Of a stretch of DNA of 47,386 nucleotides, positions 45,157 through 47,386 are shown one piece after another. Position 1 is the first letter of the stretch. Every line of letters starts with the position of its first letter. Location of the stretch: the NCBI GenBank assembly GCA_038045765.1, contig JBBSXN010000002.1:84450-131835 (forward strand). The letters run 5' to 3'. The notes beneath the pieces are model-generated. The model did not search any database and was not told the DNA's origin. It saw nothing but the letters and a program-made list of their open reading frames with translations. This DNA is from Nanobdellota archaeon (lineage in GTDB: Archaea; Nanobdellota; Nanobdellia; Pacearchaeales; GW2011-AR1). The translations under genes were made by a program, and so were the position numbers.

Positions 45157-45903
45157 CTACTTCTTCTTTGCTGCAGGTTTCTCTTCCTTCTTTGCTGCTG
45201 CAGGTGTAGCTGCTTTTGCTCCGGCTGCTGGTGCTGCTGTTGCAGCTGCTGGTGCTCCAGGTACTGCGGCTGCTCCGGCTGCTGGTGCTGCTGTTGCAGC
45301 TGCTACCTTTGCTGCTTCTGCTGCAGCTGCTGCTTCTGCTGCTGCTTTTGCTTCTTTCTCTTGCTTGTTCTTAACGTCGTTAAAGAATGTAAGAAGAGAT
45401 TTCTTTTTATCATCTGAAATTTTGTCTTTTCCAGATAAGATTTCTTTATCATAAACGCCTTGTGCAATTTCCTTAGCTACTTCTTTTGCTTCTTTGTTTT
45501 CAACTAAAAGACCAAGAGAAACGCATGAACCTGTAACTAATTGAACTGCTGCTTTCAAATTCTTTGCAAGAAGGTTAGGCATCTTCATATTTGCAACAGC
45601 AATAATTTGTTCTATACCTAGATTTCCTACCTTAACTTTATGAGCCAGGCCTGAACCTTTTTCTGCTCCTGCTTCCTTCTTTAATAATTCTGCAACTCCT
45701 GGTGAGAATACTTTTACTGTGAATGTTTTTGACTTTGTATCAACATCAATTTCAACTGGAACGTTCATTCCTTTGAATCCGGCTGTAGCTGAATTTACAT
45801 CAGACATTATTTTTCCTAAGTTTACGCCTAGAGGTCCAATCTGCTGTGAGACTGCCGGTCCCGGTTTCATATTCCCGCCTTCAACAATTAATTTTACTTT
45901 CAT
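45157..45903 (-). CDS. rpl11: 50S ribosomal protein L11 (uL11) with long Ala-rich C-terminal extension
   Basis: VEGGNMKPGPAVSQQIGPLGVN, GMNVPVEI, VTGSCVSLG. Confidence 0.95.
   Translation of the reverse strand: MKVKLIVEGGNMKPGPAVSQQIGPLGVNLGKIMSDVNSATAGFKGMNVPVEIDVDTKSKTFTVKVFSPGVAELLKKEAGAEKGSGLAHKVKVGNLGIEQIIAVANMKMPNLLAKNLKAAVQLVTGSCVSLGLLVENKEAKEVAKEIAQGVYDKEILSGKDKISDDKKKSLLTFFNDVKNKQEKEAKAAAEAAAAAEAAKVAAATAAPAAGAAAVPGAPAAATAAPAAGAKAATPAAAKKEEKPAAKKK
45217..45304. repeat. Perfect 34-bp direct repeat within the uL11 tail
   Basis: tgctccggctgctggtgctgctgttgcagctgct at 45217-45250 and 45271-45304 (encodes AAATAAPAAGA). Confidence 0.85.
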
Positions 45904-46403
45904 AGTTCGTCTTCTCCTGAATCTCTTGAAGATTCATCTGAATTTGAGTCAGATTCACGCCTTATAACCTTTACGTTATCTATTTTTACTGTAACTGGGA
46001 TAGGAACTGAAGCTCCAAGCAATGAAACAATTATCTCTCCTTTAGCTTTATCGATTCTTGTTACCTTTGCTTTTTCTCCTTTAAATGTCTGACCAATCAT
46101 TTCAACCATGTCTCCAATCTGTATATTCATTTCCTCTACTTTAGGTTCTAACATTTTCTTTATCTCTTCATATGTAATTGTCTTTCCAATTATTCCTTTT
46201 ACATACGGTAAATTGAAAGCAGATTCTTCTGCAGATTCTCTATCAAGAGCTTCTAGAATAATATATCCACGCAATCCATGAGGTCTTACAACTGCATTAA
46301 CATTTAGATTTTTTTTCTCTGCACGCTGAGCTATCATCTCAACTGCTTTGTCTTCCTTGTTTGTTGCGACCTTAACGATGAAAATCATTTTTGTATGTTC
46401 CAC
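45900..46403 (-). CDS. spt5: Transcription elongation factor Spt5 (NusG)
   Basis: NGN domain (LRGYIILEA) plus KOW domain (GDMVEMIGQTFKGEKAKV); upstream of rpl11; GTG start with GAGGT. Confidence 0.95.
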   Translation of the reverse strand: MEHTKMIFIVKVATNKEDKAVEMIAQRAEKKNLNVNAVVRPHGLRGYIILEALDRESAEESAFNLPYVKGIIGKTITYEEIKKMLEPKVEEMNIQIGDMVEMIGQTFKGEKAKVTRIDKAKGEIIVSLLGASVPIPVTVKIDNVKVIRRESDSNSDESSRDSGEDEL

Positions 46404-46550
46404 TACCTCAATAATCTAGAGAAGTAGATACTGAACTTAGAAAAAAAGGGTATTTAAATTTTCCCTTTAGGAAAATTAGCCCATTCAACTTTTACGAGTT
46501 GAAGTTTTAAAGATTTTGATTTATGTTGAAATAGAGAATAGGTTTAAATA

Positions 46551-47048
46551 ATGAAATTGAAGAGGGAATTAATGAACTCAAAAAATATTAGGCTTGTAGC
46601 TCAATCGCATTTTGATAGTAATTCTGATAGATTAAAAACTCTTCAAGAAGCTCGTGATTGCATTAATGATATTAGTTTTAGAGATACAGATTTTGCAGGT
46701 AAACAAGTTTATGTATTTTCTAGAGAAGGATATGTTGTTTGGAATTTAGATGCTAAGAGGGAAGTCGTTAATTATAATCTTCATGCTTTAACTTCACATT
46801 ATAATGGACAGAATATATCGTCATTTGTAGATGAAAGAGTGAGGGATTCTAATTTATTGCTTATGATTCCGATGGATGTTGCCTCACTCCAAGCAATTCA
46901 AGAAGCTGATGGTGCATTTGATGAACAAGCGAGATACTCTCATTTAGGCGTTCCTAAAAGAGTTGGTTTGAAACATAGTGTTTCTTCATATTCTAGTCCT
47001 GTTGGAGGACCTAATGGGCAGAGAATGGATTTAAGAAATCAACCTTAA
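46551..47048 (+). CDS. Hypothetical protein
   Basis: 165-aa ORF (start may be 46572, about 23 nt after TTTAAATA); no recognisable motif. Confidence 0.55.
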   Translation: MKLKRELMNSKNIRLVAQSHFDSNSDRLKTLQEARDCINDISFRDTDFAGKQVYVFSREGYVVWNLDAKREVVNYNLHALTSHYNGQNISSFVDERVRDSNLLLMIPMDVASLQAIQEADGAFDEQARYSHLGVPKRVGLKHSVSSYSSPVGGPNGQRMDLRNQP

Positions 47049-47386
47049 AGTTTTCCAAGATATTCTTTTATCCTTTCTATAATCTGAGGTATGAGGAACT
47101 TTTCTATTTTTGATTCGAAGATTTCTTTCAATGGCTCAAATTCAGACATTCTATATTGGTTTTCTTGTTTATCAATTATCATTGCATCTCTAAGGCGTTT
47201 TAACTGACGACGAATATTAGATTCTGCAAGGCCTTTTACTTCTAGAGAATGTTCTTTTCTTACTGCTTCGACTTTATCTCTTATCTGAAAAGAGGAAAGC
47301 CATTCTCTTTTCTTTCTTGCGTCCTCGAGAACGAGCATAATATCGACCATTATGTCTCTTGAATCGCCTGGCTGTAATAAACCAAG
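47045..47386 (-). CDS. Winged-HTH-like protein (5'-truncated by window edge)
   Basis: Frame stays open to the window end (LGLLQPGDSRDIMVDIM...); SNIRRQLKRLRDAMIIDK recognition-helix pattern. Confidence 0.7.
   Translation of the reverse strand, partial: LGLLQPGDSRDIMVDIMLVLEDARKKREWLSSFQIRDKVEAVRKEHSLEVKGLAESNIRRQLKRLRDAMIIDKQENQYRMSEFEPLKEIFESKIEKFLIPQIIERIKEYLGKL

Noticed and set aside
45131-45454. 107-aa Ala-rich ORF on the plus strand
   Set aside because: Antisense shadow of the GCN-rich uL11 tail.

Overview
AT-rich archaeal chromosome segment, most consistent with a DPANN lineage such as Pacearchaeota. Evidence: AglB, Spt5, uL11, eL43, Rpo12, prefoldin alpha/beta, Pop5, a BHB-intron tRNA, a MKFNFKKIASV-type S-layer protein, a short archaeosortase and several KKGQ/KKAQ pilin-like proteins. 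Positions 1-23.6 kb hold a large surface-glycosylation locus: many GT2/GT4/GT9/GT-C transferases, a WbpB/WbpD/WbpE-like diacetamido-sugar module, an HldE-type nucleotidyltransferase, flippase, ALG5-like, ALG7/AglH-like and aglB. Embedded in it is an unexpected block of queC, a half-length aIF5A/EF-P-like gene coupled to a GT2, a nucleoside deoxyribosyltransferase and two NUDIX enzymes. Positions 24-28 kb are housekeeping genes (prefoldin, HemK2, RNase J, Pop5) plus a multi-hairpin palindromic insertion. Positions 28-38.5 kb form a cell-envelope cluster: four pilin-like genes, an HTH regulator, the S-layer gene with a strikingly structured leader, DedA, an archaeosortase and its likely substrate. 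Positions 39-47 kb are core genes (sepF, pfdB, rpoP, rpl37ae, rpl11, spt5) interspersed with orphan ORFs, and an intron-containing tRNA-Pro(UGG) directly downstream of a free-standing LAGLIDADG endonuclease. No CRISPR array, rRNA or intact transposase was seen. All family assignments come from motif recognition by eye, not database searches.
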